A stretch of DNA of 64,000 nucleotides from an uncultured Gemmatimonadales bacterium (GCA_963823035.1 CAWGKG010000018.1:512001-576000); one strand, 5' to 3'; shown: positions 35,332 to 45,594, counted from the stretch's first letter. The notes: generated by a model not told the origin, from the sequence alone. Made by a program: numbers and translations.

Positions 35332-35357
35332 CGATATATCATATTGCGATATATCAT
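35332..35357. promoter_or_regulatory. Putative PadR operator
   Basis: CGATATATCAT twice at a 15-bp period, equivalent to GATATATC-N7-GATATATC (self-complementary), 27 bp upstream of the PadR ATG in an otherwise GC-rich region. Confidence 0.65.
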
Positions 35358-35384
35358 GGCCCTGTCACACGGACGCTCCCGACG

Positions 35385-35747
35385 ATGCCCAACGCCCGCC
35401 CCACCACCAAGCCCATCGCCGGCACCTTCTTCTACATCCTCCTGGCCCTGACCGACCGCCCGCGCTACGGCCTCGGCATCGCCGAGGAGGTTGCCAGGCG
35501 CACGGGAGGCGGCGGGGGCGACGAGATCCGCATGGGACCGGGCACCCTCTACCATGCCATCAAGAAGATGCTGGAGGAGGGACTCATCGAAGAGTGCGAC
35601 GCGCCGGCCGGCGGTGAGGAGTCGGACCCGCGTCGGCGCTACTATCGCATCACGCGTCCGGGGCGCGACAGCCTGGCCGCCGAGGCCGCGCGCCTCGATC
35701 AACTCGTTCGGGCGGCGCGCGACAAGCACGTCCTCCCCGCTTCGTGA
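35385..35747 (+). CDS. PadR family transcriptional regulator
   Basis: FYILLAL...YGLGI...MGPGTLYHAIKKMLEEGLIEE...RRRYYRIT..GR. Confidence 0.92.
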   Translation: MPNARPTTKPIAGTFFYILLALTDRPRYGLGIAEEVARRTGGGGGDEIRMGPGTLYHAIKKMLEEGLIEECDAPAGGEESDPRRRYYRITRPGRDSLAAEAARLDQLVRAARDKHVLPAS

Positions 35748-35784
35748 ACGGCCCCGACCGGCCCGACGGGCGGGAGTCTCGCCC

Positions 35785-38436
35785 ATGAACCTCCTGCCGC
35801 GCCTCCTCCTCCGTCTCTACCCTTCGAGCTTTCGCCGCCGCTTCGAGCCCGAGTGGTTCGAGATCGTCGCGTGGCATCGCCGCGCCCTCGAAGACACGCG
35901 TTTCGCGGGCGTCCGCCTGGCATGGGTCCTCCTCGCGGATACGATGAGGACCCTTCCCGCGGCATACGCGTCCGCGCTGTTCGGACGGGACGGGGGAGGG
36001 AGGCCGCCGCTCCGTCACGCGCTCAGGGCCCTTCGACGCCATCCGACCTTCACCGGGGCGGCGGTGCTCTCCATCGCCCTGGGCATCGGCGCGAACACGG
36101 CGACGTTCAGCGTCGTGAACGCGGTCCTGCTCCGCCCCCTTCCCTACGCGCAGCCCGACCGGCTCGCCATCGTGTGGAACGAGTTCCCCGGGTCGGGGAT
36201 GGCTCGCCTGCCGCTCTCGGGCGTCGAGGTGGAGTCCCTGCGTCAGGAACCGGATCTCTTCACCGGCGTCGAGGGGATCTGGGCGACGTCGGCGACGGTC
36301 CTCGATCGAGAGGGTCGCGTCGCGCAGATCTCCACGGGCAACGTCACGCCCGGCTTCTTCGCGCTCCTGGGGGTCGACCCCGCTCTGGGTCGCTCGTTCG
36401 CGCGGGACGGCTCCGAGGGGCCCGTGCCGCAGGGGGTGGTCCTCAGCGACGAGGCCTGGCGCGCGCGCTACGGCGCGGACCCCACCCTGGTGGGCAGAAC
36501 GATCGAGCTGAACGGCCGGCCGGTCGCCGTCATCGGCGTGCTGCCGAGGGGCTTCAAGCTCTTCTTCCCGGAGGACGGCGCCATCCCGGTCCGGCTCGAC
36601 GCCTACACCGCGCTCCCCTGGGACCTGACGCGACTCCCCCCGGCGCAGCAGTTCCTGCGCGTGGTGGGTCGGCTCCGCCCCGACGTCGATCCGGCGCGGG
36701 CTTCGGCGGGCGTTCTGGCGGCCGCGGAGCGGGCGCGGGCCACGTATCCCGAGCTCCAGGCGACCGGCGATCGATTCACGGTGTGGCCTCTCCAGGGCGA
36801 CGCGGTGCGCTCCGCGCGCCCGGTCCTCCTGGCGCTCCTCGCCGCCGTGGGCCTCTTCCTCCTGCTGGCCGCGGCCAACGTGGCGAGTCTGGTCCTGGCC
36901 CGCACGCTGTCCCGGACCCGGGAGCTGGCCGTGCGCGCCTCCCTCGGTGCGTCCCGCGCGGCCCTGGCGCGGCTGGTCGCCATGGAGAGCCTCCTGGTCA
37001 CCGGCGCCGGGGCCCTCCTCGGTGCCTGGCTCGGGCGCGTGGGGGCAGGTGTCCTCTGGGCGCTCCGGCCCGAGGGCCTGGCCCGGGCGGACATGGCCCC
37101 GCTCGACGGTCGCGTGCTCGCCTTCACGGTGGGCGTGTCGATTCTGGCCGGCCTGGCCTTCGCGCTCGTGTCCCTGGCGGCGGTGCGCAGCATGGACGCC
37201 GCGTTGGGCTTCCGCGGCGGTACGGCCCCCGGCGGGCGCTGGGGTCGGCGGGTGCGGGAGTGGATCACCGCCGGTGAGGTGGCCATCGGGCTGGTGCTGG
37301 TGGCGGGTTCGGCGCTCATGGTGCGGAGCGTGGCGAGCCTCGGCCGCGAGAGCATCGGCTTCGACCCCGCCGGGGCGCTCACCTTCAAGGTCGCCCTCGA
37401 CCTGCAGCGCTTCCCCGCCGACTCGACCCGGGCCTACCTGGCCGACGAGATGGTGCGCCGCATCTCGGCCGTGCCGGGGGTGTCGGCGGTGGGGGCGACA
37501 TCCCACCTGCCCTTCGCGACGTGGGCGAACTGGGCCGAAGCCGCGCCGCCCGACGGAACGCCGGAGGCCGATCGCGCGGAGTACTTCGCCGATCTGCGCT
37601 CCACCACGCACGGGTATCTCGCGGCCGTCGGAGCGGAGCTGGTGTCCGGACGCTTCTTCGACGACCGCGACGACGCCCGCGGTGATCCCGTGGTCATCCT
37701 GGACGAGACCATGGCGCGCCGGCTCTTCCCCGGCGAGGCCGCCGTGGGCCGCCGCGTGTCGCCGAGCCGCTACCACGCCCACCAGTTCGAGGTCACGCCC
37801 GCCACGGTGGTGGGCGTCGTGCGCGACATCCGAGACCGTACGCCGTCTCGACCCTCCACCGGGCAGGTGTTCTGGCCCTTCGCCCAGAGCGCTCGCTGGG
37901 AATTGACCTTCTTCGTACGGACCCAGGGCGATCCCGCCTCCCTCGCCGATGCGGTGCGCCGCGCCGTGGCCGCCGTCGATCCGCGCCTCGACATCGCCGC
38001 GGTCGCGCCCATGTCCCAACACGTCCGCAGGGCCACGGCCCTCACGCGATTCCTCGCGCTGGTGGGCTCGGTGTTCAGCGCGCTCGCGTTGGTCATGGCC
38101 GCGGTGGGCCTCTACGGGGTCGTTGCGTTCGTCACGGCACAGCGCACGCACGAGCTGGGCCTGCGCTCCGTGTTGGGCGCGACCCGCCGCGAGCTTCTCC
38201 GGGACGTCCTGGGCCACGGCCTCAGGGTCGGCGCCGCCGGGGTGGGAGCCGGGCTCCTGGCCGCGCTCGCCCTTACCCGTTTCCTCGGGGGCCTGGTGTA
38301 CGGCGTGAGCCCCCACGATCCGGCCACCCTCGCGGCGGTGGGCGCGCTCCTGCTCGCCGTATCGCTCCTCGCCAGCCTCGTGCCGGCGCGCCGGGCCACG
38401 CGGGTGGACCCCATGACCGCGCTCCGTGAGGTGTGA
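35785..38436 (+). CDS. Duplicated MacB/FtsX-type ABC permease (ADOP family)
   Basis: LSIALGIGANTATFSVVNAVLLRPLPY, ELAVRASLGASR, GLYGVVAF..QRTHELGLR, PARRATRVDPMTALR. Follows PadR. Confidence 0.93.
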   Translation: MNLLPRLLLRLYPSSFRRRFEPEWFEIVAWHRRALEDTRFAGVRLAWVLLADTMRTLPAAYASALFGRDGGGRPPLRHALRALRRHPTFTGAAVLSIALGIGANTATFSVVNAVLLRPLPYAQPDRLAIVWNEFPGSGMARLPLSGVEVESLRQEPDLFTGVEGIWATSATVLDREGRVAQISTGNVTPGFFALLGVDPALGRSFARDGSEGPVPQGVVLSDEAWRARYGADPTLVGRTIELNGRPVAVIGVLPRGFKLFFPEDGAIPVRLDAYTALPWDLTRLPPAQQFLRVVGRLRPDVDPARASAGVLAAAERARATYPELQATGDRFTVWPLQGDAVRSARPVLLALLAAVGLFLLLAAANVASLVLARTLSRTRELAVRASLGASRAALARLVAMESLLVTGAGALLGAWLGRVGAGVLWALRPEGLARADMAPLDGRVLAFTVGVSILAGLAFALVSLAAVRSMDAALGFRGGTAPGGRWGRRVREWITAGEVAIGLVLVAGSALMVRSVASLGRESIGFDPAGALTFKVALDLQRFPADSTRAYLADEMVRRISAVPGVSAVGATSHLPFATWANWAEAAPPDGTPEADRAEYFADLRSTTHGYLAAVGAELVSGRFFDDRDDARGDPVVILDETMARRLFPGEAAVGRRVSPSRYHAHQFEVTPATVVGVVRDIRDRTPSRPSTGQVFWPFAQSARWELTFFVRTQGDPASLADAVRRAVAAVDPRLDIAAVAPMSQHVRRATALTRFLALVGSVFSALALVMAAVGLYGVVAFVTAQRTHELGLRSVLGATRRELLRDVLGHGLRVGAAGVGAGLLAALALTRFLGGLVYGVSPHDPATLAAVGALLLAVSLLASLVPARRATRVDPMTALREV

Positions 38437-38480
38437 GGGGACGTCGGTCACGGTGGCGGAGGTCGACGGAGCGGGTCGGC

Positions 38481-39569
38481 TCAGCGCGGGCTCGCGATCA
38501 CCGCCGCGAGCGAGGACGGCAGCTCGATGAACGCCGGCGACGAGAAGCCCGTCTCCACCAGCAATCCGTCCAGCTCCGCGGCGGTGCGGTGGCGTCCCCC
38601 CAGCATCACGAGCAGGGCGAGATCCGCCGACTTCGCCGACGAAGGGGCATCGCCCGGCGGCAGGATCGCCGTCAGGATCACGAGGCGACCCCGTCCTTCC
38701 ATCGCCCGATGGATCGACCGGAGCAGCGCGCGCGCCATGTCGTCGTTCCAGTCGTGCAGCGCGCGCTTCAGCACGTAGAGGTCGCCGCCGCCGGGAACGG
38801 CCGCGAACATGTCGCCGGCCACGATCTCACAGCGGTCGGCGACGCCGGCGCGGACCATCACCTCTTCGGCGTCCCGCACGATGCCGGGGAGGTCGAACAG
38901 CGTGCCGTGCGTGTCCGGATGCGCCGCGAGCAGGGCGGCCAGAAAACCGCCTTCGCCTCCCGCGACGTCCACGATCCGCGATGCGCCGGAGAAGATCGGG
39001 TGGCCGGCGAGCGCCGCCGAATCCGCACGGGAGACCTGCGTCATCCGGGCGCGCGTCTGCTCGTAGTGGCGCCACGGCGACTCGCCCCACACGCGCTCGT
39101 ACGCGGGCTGGCCGCTGCGGACGGTGTGCGCGACTTCGCCCCACGCACGCCATTCGCGCTCGCCACCCTGCTGCCGGACGATCTCGCGAACCGAATCCGG
39201 CGCGTCGCTGCGCAGCGCATTCGAGAACGGCGTGTGCTCGAACACGCGCGGCTCGGTCTCCGAGAAGATCCCCGTGGAGGCGAGGACCCGCAGGACGCGA
39301 TAGAGGCTGTCGGGATCGGCGGCGACGGCGGCCGCGATCGCCTCGACGGGCACGGCGCGCCTGGACGCATCCGTGTCACGACCGAGGTCGGACGCCGCTT
39401 CCGCGACATCGGCGGCGCCCGGCCGCCACGGCGCGAGGTGGTCCGCCACACCAAGCTCGGCGGTGACCCACAGCGCGCGCTCCACGCGGATCATCGACGA
39501 GATGCCGACGAGCAGAGCTGCGGGGGACGACTCCGGCGAGTCGGCCGCGGCCTCCGCGCGATCGCTCAT
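38481..39569 (-). CDS. Class II O-methyltransferase (Methyltransf_2, with dimerisation domain)
   Basis: ELGVADHL, LYRVLRVLAS, IVDVAGGEG, LFDLP, GDMF, LKRALHDWNDD, GGRHRT. ATGA overlap with the oxidoreductase. Confidence 0.9.
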   Translation of the reverse strand: MSDRAEAAADSPESSPAALLVGISSMIRVERALWVTAELGVADHLAPWRPGAADVAEAASDLGRDTDASRRAVPVEAIAAAVAADPDSLYRVLRVLASTGIFSETEPRVFEHTPFSNALRSDAPDSVREIVRQQGGEREWRAWGEVAHTVRSGQPAYERVWGESPWRHYEQTRARMTQVSRADSAALAGHPIFSGASRIVDVAGGEGGFLAALLAAHPDTHGTLFDLPGIVRDAEEVMVRAGVADRCEIVAGDMFAAVPGGGDLYVLKRALHDWNDDMARALLRSIHRAMEGRGRLVILTAILPPGDAPSSAKSADLALLVMLGGRHRTAAELDGLLVETGFSSPAFIELPSSLAAVIASPR

Positions 39570-41024
39570 ACGTGCGCCGCGTTCAGGTGGGGCACCAGCG
39601 GTCCGGGCGGCAAACGCCACGCCTCCGCGTCGAAATCCACCCGCACGGATTCACCCGCGCGCATCGACTCGTAGGCCGCGGCCAGCAGCCTGACGGCGAT
39701 GCCGTGGTCGCGCACCGGCGAGATCACGTCGCGCGATGGATCATCGAGCGCGAGCAGGAACTCCGCCGTCGGCGCGTGGTCGTCGGCGCGGTACGTCAGC
39801 TCCCGCCTGTCGATCAGCGCGGGCGCGCCCGCCGCGATCGCGTTCCGGCAATGCACGAGCTCGAGGTGGTCGCGGTCGCCCAGGCGGGTTCCGGAGGAGC
39901 CGGTCAGCTTCGCGAAGCGACGCAGGAAGATCGCGCCGGTCGGTCCGGTGTAGATCGTCAGCACATCCTGCTTCGTGCGTCCCTCCTCCGCGCGCCGGCG
40001 CCTGTCACCCACGGTTCCCCCGCCGAGCAGCGGATTGCGCGACAGACCCTCGTGCAGCATGCCGAGCTGGACGATGCAGACCGTGCGATGATCGTCGTCG
40101 CGCAGCGCCACCTGCAGCGCGGCGTTCACCTCGCCGAAACCGCCGGAATCGACGAGTTCGTCGACGGGCTCGTCCGGGGGTCGCGCCCTCGCGCCGACCG
40201 CGTCCGCCGGCATGAAGCCCGTCGCGAAGACGGTCGCGGAACGGATGCGCGCCACCGCCGCACCCGGCCGTTCCGCCGCCTGGCCGTGCCGGATGATCCA
40301 GGGAACGATGTCGAGGACATGGTAGCCCGTGTGAACGAGCTTGCCCGCACCGTTGCGGTACGTCGACTGAACGCCGTAGTCGGCCGGCGTGTGCCACAGC
40401 CCATCGTTGGTCAGGCACTGCACGAACGTGGGCCCGTGGCCCGTCCGCAGGTATTCCTGTCCGACGAGCGCGGCGATCTCCCGATAGATCGCCCTGGTAG
40501 CGTCGTTGCGCGGCCAGCATGAAGGGCGAGGCGCGCCGGCCTTCCGCGACCAGCTCGCGCCAGTCGTCGACGAGGTCGCGCGGGTCGGACAGCCCGCCCC
40601 CGGGCTCCGCGCGCCGCACCGTCAGCGGCTTGTCGACGAGCGTGGGCAGGCCGCGGTCCAGCGCCCAGCGGACATAGCGCTTGTGTGTGTCCTCGGGCGA
40701 CGAGATTATCACGCCGTCGACCTCGGGCAGCTCCGCGTCGAACGCGGAGAGCGCTGTCGCGGGGTCGTCGGTGGGCAGGTGGTCGATGAACGACGGAGCC
40801 GCGGGCAGCCCGGCGCGTGCGCACGCGGAGAGAACGGCATCGGCGCGGTCCCGCCGGTCGGCGACCGCGACGAGCCGGACACGCGCGCCGGCGTCCCGCA
40901 GCGCCGGCAGATGCGCCTGGCGGGCGAACGCGCCGCACCCCACGAGCAGGATTCGCTTCGCGTCCGCTCTCACGTCGATCACCGGACCCGACGCGACGTT
41001 CAGCGTGTCCATGTCCTTCTTCAT
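39566..41024 (-). CDS. Gfo/Idh/MocA-family NAD(P) oxidoreductase, frameshift near 40490
   Basis: ILLVGCGAFA, IISSPEDTH, LVDKPL, AQRRY (ORF 40005..41024), continuing NDGLWHTP...GAGKLVHTGYHVLD (ORF 39566..40423). Confidence 0.85.
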
Positions 41025-41041
41025 TCCGCGGAGCGCAGCGC

Positions 41042-41770
41042 ATGCCGCACGACGGATCCGACCCGGACATCGTTACGACCCCGACCTCGACCGACGCGGT
41101 CGAGCTGCACGCGCGCGGCCGCCTGTTCGTCGTGTCCGGTCCCGGTGGTGTCGGGAAGACCTCGCTCGTCGAAGCGTGGCGCCGCGCCGAGCCGGACCTG
41201 GGATACACGACGTCCGTGACCACGCGCGAGCCGCGCGAGAAGCTCGAGAACTACGAGCACGTTTCCCGGGAGTCGTTCCGGTCCATGATCGAGCGGGGCG
41301 ACTTCGTGCAGTGGATCAACCCGTACGGCGAGTTCTTCGGCACGCTGCACGCACCGATCCGCGAGGCGATCGCGGAGGGGCGCGACATGGTCTTCGACTA
41401 CGTGCCCGAGGGCTTTCTCAACCTGCGCCGGTACTACCCGGCGTCGACCGTGGGCATCTTCGTCATGGCACCGGACATGGCGACGATGCGACGACGCCTG
41501 GAGAACCGCGGCACCGAGTTCGCCGACGAAGTCGACATCCGCTACGAGATGGCGAGGCAGGACTTCGACTTCATCGAGCAGCACGACTACATCGTCATCA
41601 ACGATGACTTCGACCAGGCGCTCGCGCGCCTGCGTGCGATTCGCGCGGCGGAGCGCGTCCGCGTGAGCGCGCTGACCGAGCTGCCCTTCCAGCGATTCAG
41701 GCGACCGACACTCGTCCGCTACTACGACGTACCGACGCTGCCCGGCACGGACGACGACACCGCTTCCTGA
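41042..41770 (+). CDS. Guanylate kinase-like nucleoside monophosphate kinase (atypical)
   Basis: P-loop VSGPGGVGKT, SVTTREPR, FGT, RRLENRGTE, DYIVINDD. Several GMP-site residues are altered. Confidence 0.85.
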   Translation: MPHDGSDPDIVTTPTSTDAVELHARGRLFVVSGPGGVGKTSLVEAWRRAEPDLGYTTSVTTREPREKLENYEHVSRESFRSMIERGDFVQWINPYGEFFGTLHAPIREAIAEGRDMVFDYVPEGFLNLRRYYPASTVGIFVMAPDMATMRRRLENRGTEFADEVDIRYEMARQDFDFIEQHDYIVINDDFDQALARLRAIRAAERVRVSALTELPFQRFRRPTLVRYYDVPTLPGTDDDTAS

Positions 41771-41788
41771 CCCGACGCACGCCCCCAT

Positions 41789-43048
41789 TCAGGCGGCCGA
41801 CACGTGCGCGATCGCTTCCAGCGCCGCCGTCGCCGTCTCCAGCGTCTCGCCGACCTCGGCGTCGCCATGGGCCGCGCTGAAGAACAGGTTGTGCGAGGGG
41901 TGGACGAACACGCCGCGCGCCACCATCGCCTCGGCGAATGCGTTCATCAGGGCGTTGTCCACGTCCTCGGCGAAGGTGAGCGTGGGCATCGTCGGCGGGC
42001 CGGTCACCTCGAGCGTGAGGCCCACCGCCCTCGCTCGATCGATCATCCCGTCGCACCAGGCCCGGGCCCGCCCCTGCATCCCGTCGAATCGACCCGGCTC
42101 GGACAGGATCTCCAGGTTGACGAGCGCCGCAGCCATCGGCGCGGACGCGCTCCAGAACGTGCCTGCCGCGAACACCTGCTCGGCCGCTTCCCTGCACCGC
42201 TCGACACCCAGAACCGCCGACAGCGGATGCGTGTTGGCGAGCGCCTTCGACAGGCAGATCAGGTCCGGCGAAAAGCCGAAGTGACGGTGCGAGCCGGCGA
42301 GGTCGAGGCGAAAGCCGGCGCGAACATCGTCGACGATCAGCAGCGCACCCCACGCGCGGCACGTCGCCTCGACGGCCGGCCACCACTGCGCCGACGGAAG
42401 CTCCGCCCGGGCCCCGATCGGATGATGAAACGGCGTCATCAGGACCGCGGCGATGTCCTCGCCTTCGCGCTCGAAGACGTCGCGCAGGCCCGCGACGTCG
42501 TTCCAGTCCACGCGCAGGACCATCGCCGAGTCCTCCGCGGGCCGGCCCGCGCCCATGTTGCACCAGTTGCACCACGAATGGCTTCCGTGATACGCGCCGT
42601 TCACGCACACGATCCGCGCGCGCCCGGTGTGCGCCCGCGCGATCAGGAAGGCGGTGGACACGGCATCCGAGCCGTTCTTGCCGAAGCCCGACCACGCCAT
42701 GTCCGGGATCATCGACGTCAACCGCTCGGCGAGCAGCACGCTCGTCTCCGTCGGCTGGTTCAGGCAGTCGCCCTCCGCCGTCCGCGCGGTCGCCGCGGCA
42801 TCCACCTCCGGGTTCGCGAAGCCGGTGATCATCGCGCCGTAGCCGCACACGTAGTCGATGTATTCGCGACCATCGACGTCCTCGAAGCGCGCGCCTCGCG
42901 CACGGCGCGCGAAGACCGGGTAGTTTCCCGGCGACAGGAATGCGGGGAATCGGTTGTGACCCCACACGCCGGTCGGGATCACCCGGCGCGCCCGCTCCAG
43001 CAGGCCGTCGGAAACGGGGAACTCGCTCGACGTCGTTTCGGCCGGCAT
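41789..43048 (-). CDS. Class III PLP aminotransferase (GSA-aminomutase-like, not hemL)
   Basis: GARFEDVDGREYIDY, KNGSDA, AYHG, LIVDDVRAGFR, PDLICLSKALAN, AGTF. Confidence 0.9.
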   Translation of the reverse strand: MPAETTSSEFPVSDGLLERARRVIPTGVWGHNRFPAFLSPGNYPVFARRARGARFEDVDGREYIDYVCGYGAMITGFANPEVDAAATARTAEGDCLNQPTETSVLLAERLTSMIPDMAWSGFGKNGSDAVSTAFLIARAHTGRARIVCVNGAYHGSHSWCNWCNMGAGRPAEDSAMVLRVDWNDVAGLRDVFEREGEDIAAVLMTPFHHPIGARAELPSAQWWPAVEATCRAWGALLIVDDVRAGFRLDLAGSHRHFGFSPDLICLSKALANTHPLSAVLGVERCREAAEQVFAAGTFWSASAPMAAALVNLEILSEPGRFDGMQGRARAWCDGMIDRARAVGLTLEVTGPPTMPTLTFAEDVDNALMNAFAEAMVARGVFVHPSHNLFFSAAHGDAEVGETLETATAALEAIAHVSAA

Positions 43049-43101
43049 GCATCCTCTTCGCCCGGGTGGGTGGCGGCGTCTTCGCCCTATCAATAATCCG
43101 A

Positions 43102-45502
43102 ATGCCACGACTCCGCGAGATACGGGTACGGTCGAAGCGTGTGGATCCGGACCGGCTTCGACGCATCCTCGGCGAGCTCGGCCTGGCCGGACGCATCGTC
43201 GCCGACGATCCCCGGCGGCGGGCAGCGGCGCCCAGGCCGGCTCTCGAGTTCATCGAAGCGGTGCCCGAAGGTGTTGATGACGGAGCGACCGGCCGGACGT
43301 CGTCGACCCGCACGATCGTGCTTCCGCCGGAACCCGACGGACCGCTCGAGCCGTGGATCGCCTCCGTTGCCGCACGGCGACTGCGTCGCGTGTCCGACGT
43401 GGAGCGATGCGCCTCGCCCGGATTGGACGACGCGCTGCGCGCCGGCCACTGGCTGCACCCCGACGCACCCGACCTCGACGGCGACGGACGCTCCGGCGTC
43501 CTCGTCGTGAAGCCGGGCATCCTCCCCACGGCCGCCTTCATCGCGGAGATCGCGGCGCGGCTCGCGGAATGCGGATACGTCGTCGTCGAAGCGCGCGCGA
43601 TTCCCGCCGCACGTGTCCGCGAGCTCGGCCTCGCGCGCTCGCACTACCGATCCCATTGCGCGTTCGCGGAGCGCGGCCGACTCACGCCGGCCGAACGGAC
43701 CGCGCTGCTGCGCGTCTACGACACACGGGCGTTCGAGGCGACCCATGGTCGACCCGCACGCGACGTGCCCGTGGTCGCGGTCGAGCGTTTCATCGCGGAG
43801 ACCGGGGTTCCCCGCGAGGTCGTCCGCCGCTGGAGCGATGACTCCACCGCCGCGCACGGCCTGGACGGCGATACGCTGGATGGACCCACCGAGCTCGGCG
43901 ACGACAAGTACGTCAACCTGTTCACGGACCCAGCGTGGGCGCCGGACGGGCCGGTCTTCCTCATCAACGCGCACATGCCCTCGGTGATCGCGTGGTGGGA
44001 GGAGTCGCCATCCCCGCGCCTCGCGCTTCTTCTGACCGCCAGGTCCGCGCGCGCCCTTTCCTGGCAACGCTTGCGCACGGAGTTCTGCGGTGCGTCCGAC
44101 GGCACCCGCGCTCGTCCGGGCAGCCTCCGCCGTGACGGAATCGAGGGCCTCCTCCCGCTGTCGCTCGAACCGGGCGAGACGGTGGATCGGACGCGCAACA
44201 TCGTGCACCTGAGCAACGGCCCGATCGAAGCGATGCGGGAGACCGCGCTCTGGTTCGACCGGCCCGTCGCGGATCAGCCGTCGGGCCGCGCCCTGACGGC
44301 TTCCACCGGCCTCGACGCCGACGCGATCCTCGACATGGCGTACCTCGCGCTCGACGGCTCCGTGCGACCGTTCACCGCCGCGACCGCCGGGCTCACCGTC
44401 TCGGAAACCGCCGCGTGCATCGATCGCGGACGTCTGTTCTCCGCCGAAGCGCTCGGCTGCACGCCCGCCACCGCCGCACGTATCGACGCCGCGAGCGCGC
44501 TGCTCCCCGCCCTGCTCGCGGACGCGGACGCACCCGTCCTCGCCGTCCTGATCAGCGGCTCGACGGCCCGCAATCGCGCGTCGGAGGATTCGGACGTCGA
44601 CCTCGTCGTCGTCTCCGAACGCGTGCCCGACCCGCCCACGCAGCGGCGCGAGATGCACGGCGAGCTCTTCGAGTGCGCATGGATGACCGAGGCGCGCGCC
44701 CGGGCCGTCGCCGCAGGTGGCGACCGGGACCTCAAGGGTCTTCGCGAAGCCTCACGCCTGGCCTGCGCCCTCGCCCTCCACGATCCGCGCACACTCGCGG
44801 CCGAGCTCCGCGAAGCCGCCAACGCCGTCGGCCCGTCGATGCCCGAGCTCGATGAGCGTCTCGTCCGGGCCGTGTCCTCGCTCGATGAGCTCGATCGATC
44901 ATCCCGAACGCACCGCGGCCGCCCAGTGGGAGACCCTGCGCGAGATCCAGGACGTCCTCGCGGTTTCGCTGCTTTCGCTGCACCCGCTCCGCTACCAGAA
45001 GCCGAAATGGGTCATCGCCGACCTGGAGGAGATCGGCAGGGCCGACCTCGCGGCTGCGCTCCTGCGCAGCTACGGAGCCACGCGCGACGACGGCCTGGTG
45101 CGCCGTACGCTCGCCGGCGTCGAGGAGCTGCTGGCCGCGATCGCGCGAGCGCACGAGCTGCCGACGCTCGATGCGGTGCTGGCTCACGGATTCGTCGAGC
45201 GCTTTCCGGGCTGGAGCTACGCGTGCCGAACGCTTGCGGACGCGAGGAGCCTGCACGAAGACGGTTCGCCCGCGGCAGCCGACTACACGGCGAAGTTCGC
45301 GGCCAGACTCGCGCTGCGCGTGGGCGCGGATGAACCGGCGGATGCATCGCGCGCACGCACCGACGCAGATGGCGAGCATGCGACGGCCTACCTTCGGCTG
45401 TTCACCGATGCGATGTCATCGCCGCCGACGGAGGACGACCTCGAGGCGGCCGCGGCATGGTTGACGCTCGTCATGCAGGCGCGCGCTCGATGGCTCGAAT
45501 GA
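43102..45502 (+). CDS. Fusion protein: nucleoside-diphosphate-kinase-like domain + Pol-beta nucleotidyltransferase + HEPN-like helical domains, frameshift near 44895
   Basis: NDK motifs VVKP, SHY, RLR..CG, PGSLR, RNIVHLSN, RETALWF; NTase motif ISGSTARNRASEDSDVDLVVV. The C-terminus continues in ORF 44717..45502; a duplicated CGAT sits at the frame junction. Confidence 0.78.
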
Positions 45503-45594
45503 CGAGCTTGCCCGCTCCCTTCACCGCAGCAATGTTGTCGAACGTGCCACCGGCTGGCGGTGGGCACTCCCTCCCAAGACAGCGAGGGCTACGC

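Noticed and set aside
35385..38436. PadR/ADOP permease as exporter of the nucleotide cluster
   Set aside because: It is convergent with the cluster, and such pairs are typically multi-copy in genomes of this kind, so adjacency is weak evidence.
41789..43048. Calling the aminotransferase hemL
   Set aside because: It lacks the HemL GGVNSPVR and SGTEA motifs (has GVWGHNR and NGSDA), and no heme genes are nearby.
44521..45502. Classical MNT-HEPN toxin-antitoxin or CBASS cyclase
   Set aside because: No Rx4-6H RNase motif and no CD-NTase-type architecture; the domains are fused to an NDK-like domain.
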